Below, piece by piece: positions 34,049 through 44,438 of a DNA stretch of 64,000 nt; the stretch's first letter is position 1, and the number at the start of each line of letters is the position of its first letter. The translations under genes and the position numbers were made by a program. The notes below the pieces were generated by a model. The model ran no database searches, was not told the origin of the DNA, and saw only the letters and a program-made list of their open reading frames with translations. Source of the stretch: a virus; IMG/VR virus record IMGVR_UViG_3300017917_002280, positions 2,307-66,306 of that record; one strand, written 5' to 3'.

Positions 34049-37000
34049 TATATTCTCCTAGACATATCTGATGCATTCTCATATCTTTGAAGCTCTTTCT
34101 CAAACTTTCTATACACTTCATTTGCATCAGCACCATTAGCATTAATTATAATGCTATATGTGTTATTTGAAGTTGCCCAAGAGTTTAATCCACCATTTGC
34201 AAACCTTCTTGGTGTTGGTGGGGAATAGTTGGGTGCGGCATATCCACCTAATGCAAATCCTAAAGAATTAATTCTATCCATTGTTGCAACGCCCATTCTT
34301 GCTACTGCTGCTGCATTAACAACATATTCCCCATTAGATAACATTGCTGGAATTAAATCTGATTTTGGACCTCCGGGTCCTGAAATATATCCACCATTTG
34401 CATTTCCTCTAACCATAATGCGCGTTGGTCTTTTTTTAGTGTTTGCTTTTTTACCGCCCGATGCTCCAGCCATCATTGCTTTTTCTTCTTCGCTTAATGG
34501 TGTTGCTTCTGCGGCTGCTAGCATTGCTTTTTCTTCTTTACTTAAAGGTGTTGCTTCTGCATTTGCTAGCATTGTTTTTTCTTCTTCGGTTAATGGCGCT
34601 GCATTTGCAGGTGCGCTTCCCGGATAGCTCGTTGGGCTAACTCCGGGAAGTTCGTTTGAAAATGATGCACCAAGACTTTGAAGCAATACAGATTTAAGAG
34701 TTTCTTCGTCAACCCCCAATGTTTTTGCTGCTGTTGAGATTCCAGCCTGAATTCCAGACGCAAAGACATCTCCAACTTTAGAGAATGAACCTTTAAGATT
34801 TTTTATTCTTTCATCTAGTGCTGTTTTATCTTCATCTTTAAAAAATTGAGAATTTTTATTTATTGTTCCTAAAACTCCAGATTTCCCATCTTTTCCAACA
34901 AAATCATTTTGAAGTTTAACAATTAATTTTTCTTGTTGTGTTATATCTGCATTAACAAAGGCAGACAAATCATCTATGGCTTCATTAATTTTAGTATTTA
35001 TTTGATTTTGTGCAGCAATTGTAGCATTTTTCCATTGTGTAATTTGTGCAAGTCTTTTTTCATGTCTTGTATCTTCAGCTCTCTCTGCATCTTCAATTGA
35101 TTTTATTTCTTCTTCTCTAGCTGCAACTGCCGCATCTCTTGTAGACTCAATTCTATCAATTTCGGACTGAATTCCATATTCTCCTGCTTGTGCAGAAATG
35201 TTTTGTCTTGCTTGTAGGAATCCAAAGACATCTCCCTCTGCAAATGCCTTCATTGCCTCAATAGTTGTTTGTCTTTGTCTTGCATAAAAATCTTCTTCTG
35301 TTTTTTTCTTATCAAGGGACTTAATATATGCATCAGTATTCTTATTAATGTCGTCAATTTCGTCCTGCAATTGATCTTTTCTATCGGCATAATTGTCCAT
35401 AATGTTTTTGTGATATTCATTTTCGGCATTAGTCATATTATCTAAAGCTGTTTTTCTTTTTTCATAAACTTTGTTTTCTTCTTTTAGTTCATTCTGTAGT
35501 ATTGTAATTGCATTTGTGGCAAACTCTGCATTTCTTTGCTGAGCTTCCTTTCTTGCGGTAAAATCTGCCGCAAGATATTGAAGGCCAATTTCACCCTTTT
35601 CTTTATAAATTCTTTCTAGATCAGATGCTTTGGCTCCAGCATTTATTGCCTCGGCAACATACATTGAAAGATTTGATAGTGGATCTGCTAGTGCCTGCTT
35701 AACCAATGGGCTGTCTGCTGCCATTCCTAATCCAGTAAACAAAGATATGAGATTTTGTGAAATTTTATCCTTAATTTCGGGATTTATTGCAGCCATGCTT
35801 ACAGCATACTCAAATATTGATGTGATTGCTTTTTGAGATCCAGTAATATCTTCTGCCCCCATCAAAATCGCAGTGTTAATTCCACCAATAAATTTTTCTG
35901 CAACAGCTGTTGATTCTGCCTCTCCATTATATTTATCTGCAGCTATTTGCATTGCCGTGCGAATACTTCCAGATAGTCTATCGGACATTGTTTGTCGTAG
36001 TTCTCCCATATGTGAATCTTCATTTCCGGGGAAGAATACGCTCTTCATAAAGGCTGAAAAGTCTACAGATCTGCCAGCCTGTCTTGCAACTTCTCCTAAT
36101 ATTTCTTCTACTGCTTGAGGCTGTAAACCTTGAGCAATCATATTTTGATATGCAATTGAAAGTTCATTTTGTGCTTCTGTTCCAAGAGCAGCATCTTTAA
36201 TTGTAGAAACAAAATTTTTATAGTCTGTTTTTACAAGTTTTGTTAAATCCTCTTGACCAACAATTGGCTTCTTTTTTCCGGGAATATTAATTTCTCCAGT
36301 AAGCCTTCTATTTTCTTCAAGGACAGTATTTACAGTTTTTAATTCTGCTCCATACATTTTTGCTGCTTCTTTTGCATCTGTGAATGCAGATGAGGCCTGA
36401 TCTTTTACTTTTTTGAGCATTTGCTTATGCTTTTGAATAAAGTAATATGTTATTCCACCGATTGCGGCTACTGCTGCTGCACCTGCCAAAACATATGGAT
36501 TTGAAAGAAGCGGTCCAAGTCTTGTCAACATTGGTCCAGCTTTAGTCAGCAGGCTTTGTCCCTTTTTCATCATATTTGTTACTATTCCAGTTTTTCCAGC
36601 AGCTTCTCTTGCCATTATTTTTGTACTAAGAGAGGCTGCTTTTTCTGCTGACTTTAGTGACAACATTTGCATTTTTCCACCAAGACCAGTAAATAGCTTA
36701 CCTCCAAGTTTTGAGTCAACTATTCCTTTTACTTCATCTGTCATATCTTCTGGTCTGACTTGCTTTCTTAAATTCTTAAGTTTTAAGCCACCAGCCATTG
36801 ATTTTACAGACCCAAGAACCCACATTGCTTCCATTGCAGCCATGAACATGTTAATAGCTTTTGTTCCTTTATCAGTGCTAGATGCAAGAGATCCAAGTGT
36901 ATATCCAAGGCTTTGAATTGAAAACATGGCATTCATTACTGCCTGACCACCACCCTGCCCACCATTTCTTTCATTTACGAATCCTGAAAGTTTTTCTGAA

Positions 37001-40000
37001 TCTGATTGATTTGATGGTGTTGGCCTTGGATTTGTAACATTGTCTAGAGTTCTTCTTGTTCTTCTAAAATCTTCTTCTGACATTCCTGCTGCTGCTGCTT
37101 GCTGACTAACAACCCACGCTCTATATTCTTTAGATGATTTTATTCCTTTTGGTGGTCTTGCACCAGATGGCACTCCACCATCTGAGCCAGATTTCTTTGG
37201 AACATATGGAATAATGTCTAATCCAGCATCTCTAAATTCTTGTTCTTGCCTTCTTCTATTTCCATTATTAAGATCCATGACTGCTTGATAAGACTCATTA
37301 TTTAATTTTTCTGTCATTTGATTAAGTCTTAGCAATGAGCCATTTTCAAGTCTTATTGCATTGCCAAGTTGAAGAATACTTGGATTAATTACAGCAATTT
37401 CTTCTGCTGTCAAGTTCATTTTGACTCTCATTGAGTTTGTTGATTTTCCAAGCGCCTCAAATTTTTCAATTATTTCACCAAATTTCGAATCCATAGACTT
37501 GACTCTCTTCATTGCTCTTTCCATGATTATTGGAAGATTGGTATCATCTATATGGTCAAAATCTTTAGCGGCAGAAAGAACTTCGACATCTAACAACTCT
37601 AATGCCTTTTTTGCTTCTGTAATTGAAACTCCGCTTTGTTGTAGTGCAGGAATCCATTTTTGCAATCCTATTGATTTAAATTCAGTTGCAAACTGTTGAG
37701 ATGTGACCCCAACATCTTTTAATTTTTGATTCAATTGTGCTGGAAGGTCTACAACTAAATTAGATAGCAATTTAATTTCTACAGCGCCCGCACCATACAT
37801 ATCAATAAATTTTTGAAGTTCTAATAATGCCACTTGCATTTTTTCTCTTATATTTATTCCAGAGCCTAAAATATCTGCTGGTGTTGACATTGTTGGGGAA
37901 GTGACATGTGTCATTTCAGTTTCTCCGGGGTTGCCTCCATACTTCAGCTTCTTTACCATTCCACCATATGCATATCTTCCAGCATTTAGATTATCCATGA
38001 AATCAAGTCCATATTTTTTCACAGAGGAGGCTTTTATCACATATTCTCCATTTGAAAGCATGGCTGGAATTTTATCTTCGGTTGGACCACCTTCGCCATA
38101 AACCTTTCCTCCAGATGCCCTTGAAATCATATCTGTGCTGAATGCTGAGGACATTGCCCCCGGTGAATATGAGCTTTCATACCAACGAGAACCGCTTCTG
38201 CTATATCCAAGAGCCTCTGAAAGAAATCTTCTAACTTGTGAATCTCTAATTATTGAAGAGTCATACTTAGACTTAAATAATTTATCGTGTTTTACTTTTT
38301 TAAGTTCTGAAAAAGGCATTCCATATTTATCTTCCATATACTTTTTGAGGAATACAATTTCTTTGCTTGTTACACCAAAAATTCTCTTTCTATCCTTTTC
38401 TAGCTCAAAGAGTTTACTCTCTCTGTCTGGTGACATATAAGCTTCACTTCTCTTTTTCAAATACTCATCTGCTTCGTTTCTTAGTGGTCCCTCTAGGAAC
38501 ATTGGGCGCTTGCCCTCTACTCTATTAAGAATATCTGATATTAAAAAGTCTCTTTCTCCACTTGCCATCGGAGCCGTCAAAAATGATAGGAACTTATCCT
38601 CCGAACCTTCGTGTGCATATGCTGAGAACCCGGAAAGATTAATATATCTTTTTGATTTTGGCAAACCAGCTGATCTTACAATAAACTCGCCTTCCGATCC
38701 AATTTTTGTATGACCAGCATAGTTTACGCCCTGAATTCCAACGATAGCAGATTTTGGAACATCCATTTCAATAATTCTTGGATTTTGTCCAAGTGAAGAA
38801 GCATTAGCAAATTTTAGAATTTTGTGAAGGTCATGTGAGAATGAAAGAAATGGCTGATATGGCTCAACATCTTTTGTTGTGTATCCATAGTGACCACGAG
38901 TTACATCTGCAGTTTCTGGACCTGTTCTAATTGCTCTATAAAGTCTTACTGTATTTCCGGGGTATTGTGCCAGCATTGCCTGAAGGGATTGTGAGCCAGC
39001 AAGAATATCTTTTTCAGACATATTTCTTAATACATTTTTGTCGCCAAACTCCCCTGATGCGTGAGCTTCTAAAGCCTGTACAAGAGCCTTTTCTTCATTT
39101 GTTCTTGCGGATATTGGCTTTGATAGAATTGCTGCTATATCGACATTTCCTTTTGCCCCCTTAGCCCTTGATCCAAAGAATTGGTCTATTCCATATCCTT
39201 GGTATCTTGACTTAGAAGATCTTAAATATCTTTCGGTTGCAGATGCTGTGATTCCTCTTACTCTTGGTCCTGCTGCTGCCAGCAAGCCCAATATTCCAGA
39301 AACACTTGCATTTTTTCTTGAAAGTTTTTGGTCTCTTTGTCTTATAATTGGTGCAGCAGTAGGAGTTGTTTGACCAGATGATTGGTTGTAAAGGTAGCTG
39401 GGGAAACCAGATGATATTGGAATACCCATTCCAGCCATAGCAATTCCGCCAATATCAAAGTGTGCTGGGCCACCTGTTGCTTTTCTGTTTGCAATAAATT
39501 TAGATCTTGATATTTGCTTTGATGCAATGTTGGAGAATATTCTTCCAAAAGACTGATCGTTGAATGTTTTATCCTGATTTGCATACATATACTTATTCAT
39601 ATTATCTAGTATTGCACCAGATACTGAAAGTGCCTGATCTTTTGACAAACCAGCCTTCATCAATTCGCTTGTAACTGAAATAAAATGCCTTGGTTCTCTT
39701 GCAGATTCTAACCAGTCTCTTCCAGTTGCAGTTCCGGGAGATACAAGCTTTTTGTTAAAATCTTTTGTAATTGTTATATAGCTATTTGGCAAAATGTCAT
39801 ATATTTCATTGCCCTTAATTGAGCCAATAAGTCCTTTTGGCATATTAGCACCAGATATTCTTGGCGCAGAACCTCCAGATGCTGGTCCATATTTTTTCAT
39901 AAATGATGGAGTAAAAATGTGACCTATTACTTCATTTGAATTTGGTCTTCCAAGCGCAAATGCTTCATTATCATAGAATCCAGAAGTTCTGCTACTTCTC

Positions 40001-42306
40001 TTTGTGGAATATCTAGAAATTGACTCATATGGGGATGCGCCCTCTTCATATATATTTCTAGTAGATCTTTTTGTTCTTTCTTGACCTGATCTTGTTATAT
40101 ATCTTGATGATGCTCTTGTTCCACCGATCAGAGAGAAGATATCCATGATTGCTGCTACTGCTGGGTTTCCACCGCGCTTTAGTCCAACAATTCCGCCATT
40201 TGCATATTTACCAGCATTAATATCATCAAGGGTCTGCTTTCCATATTTATTGACAGAAGATGCCTTGATTACATACTCACCATTTGATAGCAGTGCTGGA
40301 ATTTTATCATCGGTTGGACCTCCGGGACCTGAGATATATCCACCACTAGCTCTTCTAGTCATTGGTGTAGGATTAAAAAGTCCGGGTCTTGTCTGGCTAA
40401 GTTGTGACAATTTTGCCATATATATTTGAAGTGAGGCATTTAGTTTATTAAGTGCGCCTTCTTGACTTTCAAAGGATTGTGTTAATTTATCAGAAGCTAG
40501 TTTTGCTGCTAGTTGTTCGTCTGAAAGCATTTGGAATCTTCCAGTTTTAATGCCAGCCATTGCTCTAACCATATTGACAAAATTCATGGTGAGCTTTACA
40601 ACATTACCGCCAAAGTTGGCAAATAGACCCACAAGCATTACGATTGGTCCAAGAAGTGCTGTAACTGCTGCTGTAATCTTTAAGAAATTCTTTGTTGGAC
40701 TTGGCAATTTCTCAAGGAAGTCAACGATGTTTCCAACAATGTCTGCGAATTTTGAGATGATTGGTGTGATATTTTCTGCAATAGTTGCTCCAAGAGGAAG
40801 AAGTTCTGCCTTTAGCGATTCCATTGCTCTTTGCATTCTAACTGGGGCAGATTCTTGAAGAGTCTGCATTTCTCGGTATGCCTGCTTTGCTAAGTCTATT
40901 GCAGACATTGTTGATAGTTCTAGAATTTTTTTAGTTTGAGAGCCTTCTTTATTTAGATTGTCAAACAGGGCAGAGATTCTAGCAAACTGATACTTTCCGA
41001 AAATTTGTTCAATTACTTGGGCTCTTCCAAAAGAATCAAGTCCAGATAATGCTTTTTGGAATCCCATTATTGTTGGCATCAACTCTCCGCGAGTTGACTG
41101 TACCAATTTTTCAATATCTATACCGTACTGCTTGGCAACTTCTGATGCTTTTTTGGTGGGGTTTATAAGAGATGCTAAACCAGACTTAATTGCGTTAGCA
41201 CCTTCTCCTGCATCTACTCCACCTTCCTTCATGGCAACAAGAAGAACGGACAGATCTTTAATGTCTCCACCAAGGGCGTTAATTACTGGACCAGTTTTTG
41301 GAATTGCTGTTACTAGGTCTTGCAAAGATGTTGATGTTTGGTTTTCTACTGAGTTCAGGAAGTTTACTGAGTCTGCCAATTGTTTTGTGCTCATGTTGAA
41401 GGCTGTTTGCAGTGACAAAGTTGCCTTCATAGCCTCTTGTCTATCTACCTCACCAAGCACAGCAAGCTTTGTGGTTTGCTCAACTGTTTTTAATAGCCTT
41501 TGGCCCTCAAGTCCAGTTGCCGCTAAATCAGCAGCCAAACCAGCAGTTTCTTTTGCTGCAATTCCATATTCTTTAGCTATTGTTTGCGATAGACTTAAAA
41601 CTTGAGCCTTCATTGACTCTGTTGCTTGTTTGGTTGTGCTAGTTAGATCAGAGCCGTAAACTTTGGAAAATCTTGTAAGTTCTTTTTCTACATCAAGGAA
41701 TGCTTTTGTTATATTAGTCGCCATTAAAGCTATTGGCAGTGATAAACCGACCATGAGCTGACGGCCAGCCCATTGTGTATTTTTACCAAAGTCAATTAGT
41801 TTTGTTGCACCATCTTGAACTAAAGTATTAAAAATTTCAAATTGTTTTCTTGCAAGCATTGTCTTTGCTGAAAGACCGCTTAAATCTGCTGTGAGTGGCT
41901 TTATAAGCACACCCTTTTTTCTTCCGCCAACACTTCCAAGCTCTACAAGTGTTGATTGAAGTTTTGCTACTTCTCTTTCCGCAAGTTTTCTTGTATTGCT
42001 TGTTGATTTGAATGCCTGAGAAGCTTCTTTTGCATATTCTCTTAAAGTTAATTTACTTTTTGATACTGCGTTTCCAAATGAATCAACCGTTGATGTAATA
42101 TCAACGATTGATGTTTTAAAATTTCCTATTGATGCTAAATCTCTTTGAAGAGCACTAGCTAAGCTAAGCATTGACTGCTGAGCGTTTTTATCAAATGCTT
42201 TAAATTGAACATTTATGGCAGATATGTCTTTAGCCAATAATTTGATCTCAGACCTCAGCGGGCCAAAATCACCATCATATCTAAAGGTAGACGATATATC
42301 TGCCAT
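34048..42306 (-). CDS. Tape measure protein with internal cargo domains (ADP-ribosyltransferase-like)
   Basis: 2752 aa. TP901-type TMP core (GKNTQWAGRQLMVG...ENQTSTSLQDL...), hydrophobic segments, three GPGGP..D.IPA.LSNGEYV repeats and an internal LYR/FLSFS/EGE motif set. Confidence 0.92.
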   Translation of the reverse strand: MADISSTFRYDGDFGPLRSEIKLLAKDISAINVQFKAFDKNAQQSMLSLASALQRDLASIGNFKTSIVDITSTVDSFGNAVSKSKLTLREYAKEASQAFKSTSNTRKLAEREVAKLQSTLVELGSVGGRKKGVLIKPLTADLSGLSAKTMLARKQFEIFNTLVQDGATKLIDFGKNTQWAGRQLMVGLSLPIALMATNITKAFLDVEKELTRFSKVYGSDLTSTTKQATESMKAQVLSLSQTIAKEYGIAAKETAGLAADLAATGLEGQRLLKTVEQTTKLAVLGEVDRQEAMKATLSLQTAFNMSTKQLADSVNFLNSVENQTSTSLQDLVTAIPKTGPVINALGGDIKDLSVLLVAMKEGGVDAGEGANAIKSGLASLINPTKKASEVAKQYGIDIEKLVQSTRGELMPTIMGFQKALSGLDSFGRAQVIEQIFGKYQFARISALFDNLNKEGSQTKKILELSTMSAIDLAKQAYREMQTLQESAPVRMQRAMESLKAELLPLGATIAENITPIISKFADIVGNIVDFLEKLPSPTKNFLKITAAVTALLGPIVMLVGLFANFGGNVVKLTMNFVNMVRAMAGIKTGRFQMLSDEQLAAKLASDKLTQSFESQEGALNKLNASLQIYMAKLSQLSQTRPGLFNPTPMTRRASGGYISGPGGPTDDKIPALLSNGEYVIKASSVNKYGKQTLDDINAGKYANGGIVGLKRGGNPAVAAIMDIFSLIGGTRASSRYITRSGQERTKRSTRNIYEEGASPYESISRYSTKRSSRTSGFYDNEAFALGRPNSNEVIGHIFTPSFMKKYGPASGGSAPRISGANMPKGLIGSIKGNEIYDILPNSYITITKDFNKKLVSPGTATGRDWLESAREPRHFISVTSELMKAGLSKDQALSVSGAILDNMNKYMYANQDKTFNDQSFGRIFSNIASKQISRSKFIANRKATGGPAHFDIGGIAMAGMGIPISSGFPSYLYNQSSGQTTPTAAPIIRQRDQKLSRKNASVSGILGLLAAAGPRVRGITASATERYLRSSKSRYQGYGIDQFFGSRAKGAKGNVDIAAILSKPISARTNEEKALVQALEAHASGEFGDKNVLRNMSEKDILAGSQSLQAMLAQYPGNTVRLYRAIRTGPETADVTRGHYGYTTKDVEPYQPFLSFSHDLHKILKFANASSLGQNPRIIEMDVPKSAIVGIQGVNYAGHTKIGSEGEFIVRSAGLPKSKRYINLSGFSAYAHEGSEDKFLSFLTAPMASGERDFLISDILNRVEGKRPMFLEGPLRNEADEYLKKRSEAYMSPDRESKLFELEKDRKRIFGVTSKEIVFLKKYMEDKYGMPFSELKKVKHDKLFKSKYDSSIIRDSQVRRFLSEALGYSRSGSRWYESSYSPGAMSSAFSTDMISRASGGKVYGEGGPTEDKIPAMLSNGEYVIKASSVKKYGLDFMDNLNAGRYAYGGMVKKLKYGGNPGETEMTHVTSPTMSTPADILGSGINIREKMQVALLELQKFIDMYGAGAVEIKLLSNLVVDLPAQLNQKLKDVGVTSQQFATEFKSIGLQKWIPALQQSGVSITEAKKALELLDVEVLSAAKDFDHIDDTNLPIIMERAMKRVKSMDSKFGEIIEKFEALGKSTNSMRVKMNLTAEEIAVINPSILQLGNAIRLENGSLLRLNQMTEKLNNESYQAVMDLNNGNRRRQEQEFRDAGLDIIPYVPKKSGSDGGVPSGARPPKGIKSSKEYRAWVVSQQAAAAGMSEEDFRRTRRTLDNVTNPRPTPSNQSDSEKLSGFVNERNGGQGGGQAVMNAMFSIQSLGYTLGSLASSTDKGTKAINMFMAAMEAMWVLGSVKSMAGGLKLKNLRKQVRPEDMTDEVKGIVDSKLGGKLFTGLGGKMQMLSLKSAEKAASLSTKIMAREAAGKTGIVTNMMKKGQSLLTKAGPMLTRLGPLLSNPYVLAGAAAVAAIGGITYYFIQKHKQMLKKVKDQASSAFTDAKEAAKMYGAELKTVNTVLEENRRLTGEINIPGKKKPIVGQEDLTKLVKTDYKNFVSTIKDAALGTEAQNELSIAYQNMIAQGLQPQAVEEILGEVARQAGRSVDFSAFMKSVFFPGNEDSHMGELRQTMSDRLSGSIRTAMQIAADKYNGEAESTAVAEKFIGGINTAILMGAEDITGSQKAITSIFEYAVSMAAINPEIKDKISQNLISLFTGLGMAADSPLVKQALADPLSNLSMYVAEAINAGAKASDLERIYKEKGEIGLQYLAADFTARKEAQQRNAEFATNAITILQNELKEENKVYEKRKTALDNMTNAENEYHKNIMDNYADRKDQLQDEIDDINKNTDAYIKSLDKKKTEEDFYARQRQTTIEAMKAFAEGDVFGFLQARQNISAQAGEYGIQSEIDRIESTRDAAVAAREEEIKSIEDAERAEDTRHEKRLAQITQWKNATIAAQNQINTKINEAIDDLSAFVNADITQQEKLIVKLQNDFVGKDGKSGVLGTINKNSQFFKDEDKTALDERIKNLKGSFSKVGDVFASGIQAGISTAAKTLGVDEETLKSVLLQSLGASFSNELPGVSPTSYPGSAPANAAPLTEEEKTMLANAEATPLSKEEKAMLAAAEATPLSEEEKAMMAGASGGKKANTKKRPTRIMVRGNANGGYISGPGGPKSDLIPAMLSNGEYVVNAAAVARMGVATMDRINSLGFALGGYAAPNYSPPTPRRFANGGLNSWATSNNTYSIIINANGADANEVYRKFEKELQRYENASDMSRRI

Positions 42307-42680
42307 TATGCTCTATAGACCTCATAATCCATTCCCATATCTAATGGAATTCCATGCTCTATTGCCCCAGCATCATTTTCATTAGCGCCAAGTCTTCTTG
42401 CAACTCTTGCATAAATTTCCTCATGAGTCGTAACCTTTTCAGAATCAGAGTTGCCCTCTTCTTTTCCTAGGTCTATTCCCTGTAGAGATGCCATGAATTT
42501 ATTGTGCCTATTCTCCCTTTCATAAAGTGCTTTCAATGTCGTGAATAGTTCAGGCATTGAAAGATTTTCTTCTAGCTCGTTATAATCTTTCCAGTGACCT
42601 AGAAGAAAAACCTCTGCTTCGCTCGCGGCGAGATCTAGCTCATCCCAAGTGCTTCCTGAGCCGCCGCTAGTAGATTTGGG
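42306..42680 (-). CDS. Tail assembly chaperone, -1 frameshift extension (gpGT-like)
   Basis: The -1 frame is open from slippery site C CCA AAT (42680-42674) through TWDELDLAASEAEVFLLGHWKDY into ORF 42306-42557. Confidence 0.7.
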   Translation of the reverse strand, partial: PKSTSGGSGSTWDELDLAASEAEVFLLGHWKDYNELEENLSMPELFTTLKALYERENRHNKFMASLQGIDLGKEEGNSDSEKVTTHEEIYARVARRLGANENDAGAIEHGIPLDMGMDYEVYRA

Positions 42681-42970
42681 TCGTTCAACTTAATCTCCGC
42701 TGCTACCTCAAGAATCTTGTACATTGTCTGTAGATCGATTACATCCTCAACAATGTCCTCTGGCTCAAGCAATCCGGGAGCTAGCTGCTTCATTGCAATT
42801 TTTGTGCAGTCAACAAGGACCTGAATAAACTCATCCTCTGTCTCTACATTTGAAGCCTTGGCCCACTCCTTCATAAGCTCTCTTAGTTTTTTAAGATTTA
42901 GTGGCTTTACTACAATTGTAGAGCCATCTAGGAGTTCAAGCTCTACTGTTTCATATACCTTTGTTGCCAT
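42635..42970 (-). CDS. Tail assembly chaperone (gpG-like)
   Basis: Lies between the major tail and TMP genes. Start MATKVY at 42970 follows a GAAAGGA RBS. Confidence 0.8.
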   Translation of the reverse strand: MATKVYETVELELLDGSTIVVKPLNLKKLRELMKEWAKASNVETEDEFIQVLVDCTKIAMKQLAPGLLEPEDIVEDVIDLQTMYKILEVAAEIKLNDPNLLAAAQEALGMS

Positions 42971-43009
42971 GTTAATTCCTTTCGCTTTCCTTATATTATA
43001 CATTAAAAA

Positions 43010-43041
43010 CAATTATGGCAGAGAAAACTCTGCCATAATTG
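43010..43041. terminator. Hairpin terminator after the major tail gene
   Basis: caattatggcagag-aaaa-ctctgccataattg inverted repeat followed by T-rich sequence on the minus strand. Confidence 0.75.
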
Positions 43042-43061
43042 CAAAACAATATTAAGTTATA

Positions 43062-43871
43062 TTATGCTATTGTGTAAATCCTGTCAATGATTCTTCCGTA
43101 AAGCGCACTTCCGTCTCTACCACCCTGTCCTTCATATGGTAGCATTCGGAAAGAAACGGGGAATACGGTCATTTCATCTCTTCTCACTGGAATTGCTGTT
43201 GCATCCATCTGAAATGTTCTGAATCCGATGTAGATTCTGTCGCATCTATCAGCTGTTGCAGTTGGTTGTGGACCTGCAGCAATAACACAAATTGATCTTT
43301 CAACTGGTGCATATCCAAGAGCTCCACCATTGATGTTGTAAACAGAAGCAATGTTGTTTCCATCCATTGATGCTGTGGTTGTTGTTACTCCAGCGAATGC
43401 TGATGCAGCAACTGCAATACCACCAGCGGAAGCTGTTGAAGCTGCAAGGTTTGCTACTGTTAGCTGTGCCAGTGTTGCTGAAGCAGTTAGGTTTGCTGTA
43501 GTAACCTTTGCTGAAGCAGGACCAACTGCAACATCTGTCTGGTCGGCGTTAAGAGCAACCAAAAGGTTCTCAAAAGAAGCCTCAGCAAAAGATGTAGCTG
43601 CTGTTACTCTCATAGATGTTCTGTAAAGTCTTGCAACATCAAGGAGCTGGTCAACCATTGCTTCGCCGTATGTTGGTTCAATTGTTACATTTGTACCTTC
43701 TGTTGTGTAACCAACGCTATTCCATGCAGTATCGTTAACATTGTCAGCGATCTGTAGTGTTGCTGAAGTTGAGATTGCTGTTGGAATCTGTGTTCTGAAG
43801 TTGTTGTTGGCTGTTACAAGGAATTGCCCTGCTCCAACAACGATATTCTTAGCCTCATTAGTTCTTGCCAT
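43062..43871 (-). CDS. Major tail protein
   Basis: KNIVVGAG, VGYTTEG, VDQLLD and FPVSFRMLP. GGAGG RBS. Confidence 0.85.
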   Translation of the reverse strand: MARTNEAKNIVVGAGQFLVTANNNFRTQIPTAISTSATLQIADNVNDTAWNSVGYTTEGTNVTIEPTYGEAMVDQLLDVARLYRTSMRVTAATSFAEASFENLLVALNADQTDVAVGPASAKVTTANLTASATLAQLTVANLAASTASAGGIAVAASAFAGVTTTTASMDGNNIASVYNINGGALGYAPVERSICVIAAGPQPTATADRCDRIYIGFRTFQMDATAIPVRRDEMTVFPVSFRMLPYEGQGGRDGSALYGRIIDRIYTIA

Positions 43872-43949
43872 TTATTTTTTCACCTCCATGAAATCTAAAA
43901 TAATTTTATATAGCGTAGAAACGCTTCCTCACTTAAATTATACACTATT

Positions 43950-44438
43950 TTATTTAGTATACTCATAACATACCTTTAAGGTTGTTATATATTTGGGCTT
44001 ATAACTTTCAATTCTTTTCTCATCTAAAATAAAATCATCTTGGTAGCAGTCAACCCATTTAAAGTTTATTGTTGATCTTGAATGATTGTTTATTTGCATT
44101 GCCGTATCATCCATATTTGATAAATTACTCATAATAAAATTCTTCAAATAGAATATTTGGGGAACTTCGCCAACTATTGTGTATGTTGCCTCTTCTCTAT
44201 AAATTGCATAAAGGGTGTTAGCTTTTCTATTTTGATAAATAAAGTCATACAGGACATATGGTGTTGTTTTTGATTCTGGAGCCAAACTTTCAGTAATTGG
44301 ATATATTGGTCTATATTTATATAGTCCAGTATTCCATACCGCAGATGATACTGCTGTTTCGCCAGCAACATTTCCTTTTGCTAAATCCCAAATATAATTA
44401 TTTATTAATGTTATTGGAAGTTCTGTATAACTAGTCAT
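43950..44438 (-). CDS. Tail terminator-like protein
   Basis: Immediately upstream of the major tail gene. PYVLYD motif. Confidence 0.6.
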   Translation of the reverse strand: MTSYTELPITLINNYIWDLAKGNVAGETAVSSAVWNTGLYKYRPIYPITESLAPESKTTPYVLYDFIYQNRKANTLYAIYREEATYTIVGEVPQIFYLKNFIMSNLSNMDDTAMQINNHSRSTINFKWVDCYQDDFILDEKRIESYKPKYITTLKVCYEYTK

